13,674 nucleotides of DNA, from assembly GCA_038736825.1 (NCBI GenBank), contig JAVYME010000031.1, positions 1 to 13,674 on the forward strand, written 5' to 3'. The notes below the pieces were generated by a model, which saw nothing but the letters and a program-made list of their open reading frames with translations, was not told the DNA's origin and made no database searches. Each line of letters begins with the position of its first letter. Position 1 is the stretch's first letter. This DNA is from Candidatus Iainarchaeum sp. (GTDB lineage: Archaea; Iainarchaeota; Iainarchaeia; Iainarchaeales; DTGL01). This document shows positions 13,021 to 13,674 of this stretch, piece by piece. Made by a program: the position numbers and the translations under genes.

Positions 13021-13674
13021 ATGGCAAAAATCAAGTCTGTGAGGGCAATGCAGGTTTTGGATTCCAGGGGCAATCCGACAATAAAGTGCTTTGTTGAAAC
13101 AACAGATGGTGTTGCCTGCGCTTTAGTGCCAAGCGGTGCTTCAACTGGCACTTTTGAGGCAGTAGAGTTAAGGGACAACGGAAAAGCATATAAAGGAAAA
13201 TCTGTCTTGAAAGCGGTTTCAAACATTGAAAAAACAATTGCCCCCAAAATAAAGGGATTGAATGCTTGCGCTCAAGAGGAAATAGACCGCTTAATGATTA
13301 AACTGGATGGCACTGAAAACAAGGCAAGGCTTGGAGCAAACGCAATCCTTGCAGTTTCACTAGCGGTTGCGCGCGCAGGAGCGCTTTCAGAGGAAAAAGA
13401 ATTGTTTGAGTACTTGGGAGAACTTTTTGGAAACAAAAAGTTTCGCTTGCCATTGCCAATGCTTAACATAATCAATGGCGGCAAGCACGCTGGCTTTGAA
13501 CACGACATACAAGAGCACATGATTGCCCCTGCAAGAGCAAAGTCTTTTGCTGAAGGCCTTCAAATGAGTGTGGAAACCTATATGGTTCTCAAAGAAAAAC
13601 TGAAGAAAAGGTTTGGGGCTTCAGCCATTGCGTTGGGTGACGAGGGCGGTTTTGTTCCCCCTATTGCTAACACT
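13021..13674 (+). CDS. eno: Enolase (phosphopyruvate hydratase), N-terminal 218 codons, truncated by the window edge
   Basis: It is absent from the ORF track because it has no stop in the window. Hand translation gives MAKIKSVRAMQVLDSRGNPTIKCFVETTDGVACALVPSGASTGTFEAVELRD...GANAILAVSLAVARAGA...LPMLNIINGGKHAG...ALGDEGGF. These are all canonical enolase motifs. Confidence 0.95.
   Translation, partial: MAKIKSVRAMQVLDSRGNPTIKCFVETTDGVACALVPSGASTGTFEAVELRDNGKAYKGKSVLKAVSNIEKTIAPKIKGLNACAQEEIDRLMIKLDGTENKARLGANAILAVSLAVARAGALSEEKELFEYLGELFGNKKFRLPLPMLNIINGGKHAGFEHDIQEHMIAPARAKSFAEGLQMSVETYMVLKEKLKKRFGASAIALGDEGGFVPPIANT

Noticed and set aside
12939-13520. Minus-strand ORFs 12939-13247, 13031-13237 and 13272-13520. 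Also the plus-strand ORFs inside prs (12026-12217, 12266-12661, 12798-12986).
   Set aside because: They are antisense to, or out of frame with, the unmistakable enolase and PRPP synthetase reading frames, and they show no motifs.
1-13674. Diversity-generating retroelement targeting the surface proteins, CRISPR arrays, tRNA/ncRNA genes, transposases, integrases or prophage remnants
   Set aside because: There is no reverse transcriptase and no template/variable repeat pair. The only tandem repeats are the coding PT array and the (TA)9 tract. No intergenic gap exceeds about 115 nt, so there is no room for a tRNA or an array. No recombinase-like ORF is present.

Overview
This window is compact and almost entirely coding. 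It reads as a chromosomal segment from a small-genome, probably uncultivated DPANN-like archaeon. That assignment is inferred from five things: A/T-rich TATA-like boxes about 25-35 nt upstream of first-gene ATGs; GGTGA-type Shine-Dalgarno motifs only before some genes; an Lhr helicase paired with an MJ0037-type metallophosphoesterase; an archaeal-looking PRPP synthetase; and Pro-Thr-linker surface proteins. I support 12 protein-coding genes plus one frameshifted gene. In order they are:
- a 3'-truncated secreted discoidin-like surface protein (-)
- an ISF-like flavoprotein abutting a tryptophanase (+)
- an lhr-MPE DNA-repair operon (-)
- a small secreted Cys-containing protein translationally coupled to a 916-aa S8 subtilase (-)
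- a PflX-type radical SAM protein (+)
- a frameshifted orphan CheY-like receiver (+)
- a PPC/DUF296 protein and a RidA-family protein (+)
- PRPP synthetase (-)
- a 3'-truncated enolase (+)

I see no rRNA, tRNA, CRISPR array, transposase, integrase or recognisable defence system. No non-coding gap is longer than about 115 nt. I cannot point to a clearly novel system. The observations most worth follow-up are:
- the flavoprotein-tryptophanase pair
- the ATGA-coupled small-protein/subtilase operon, driven from a (TA)9 microsatellite promoter region shared with a divergent orphan radical SAM gene
- the decaying receiver gene
- the repeat structure inside the surface-protein genes

All homology statements rest on motif recognition by eye, not on database searches.
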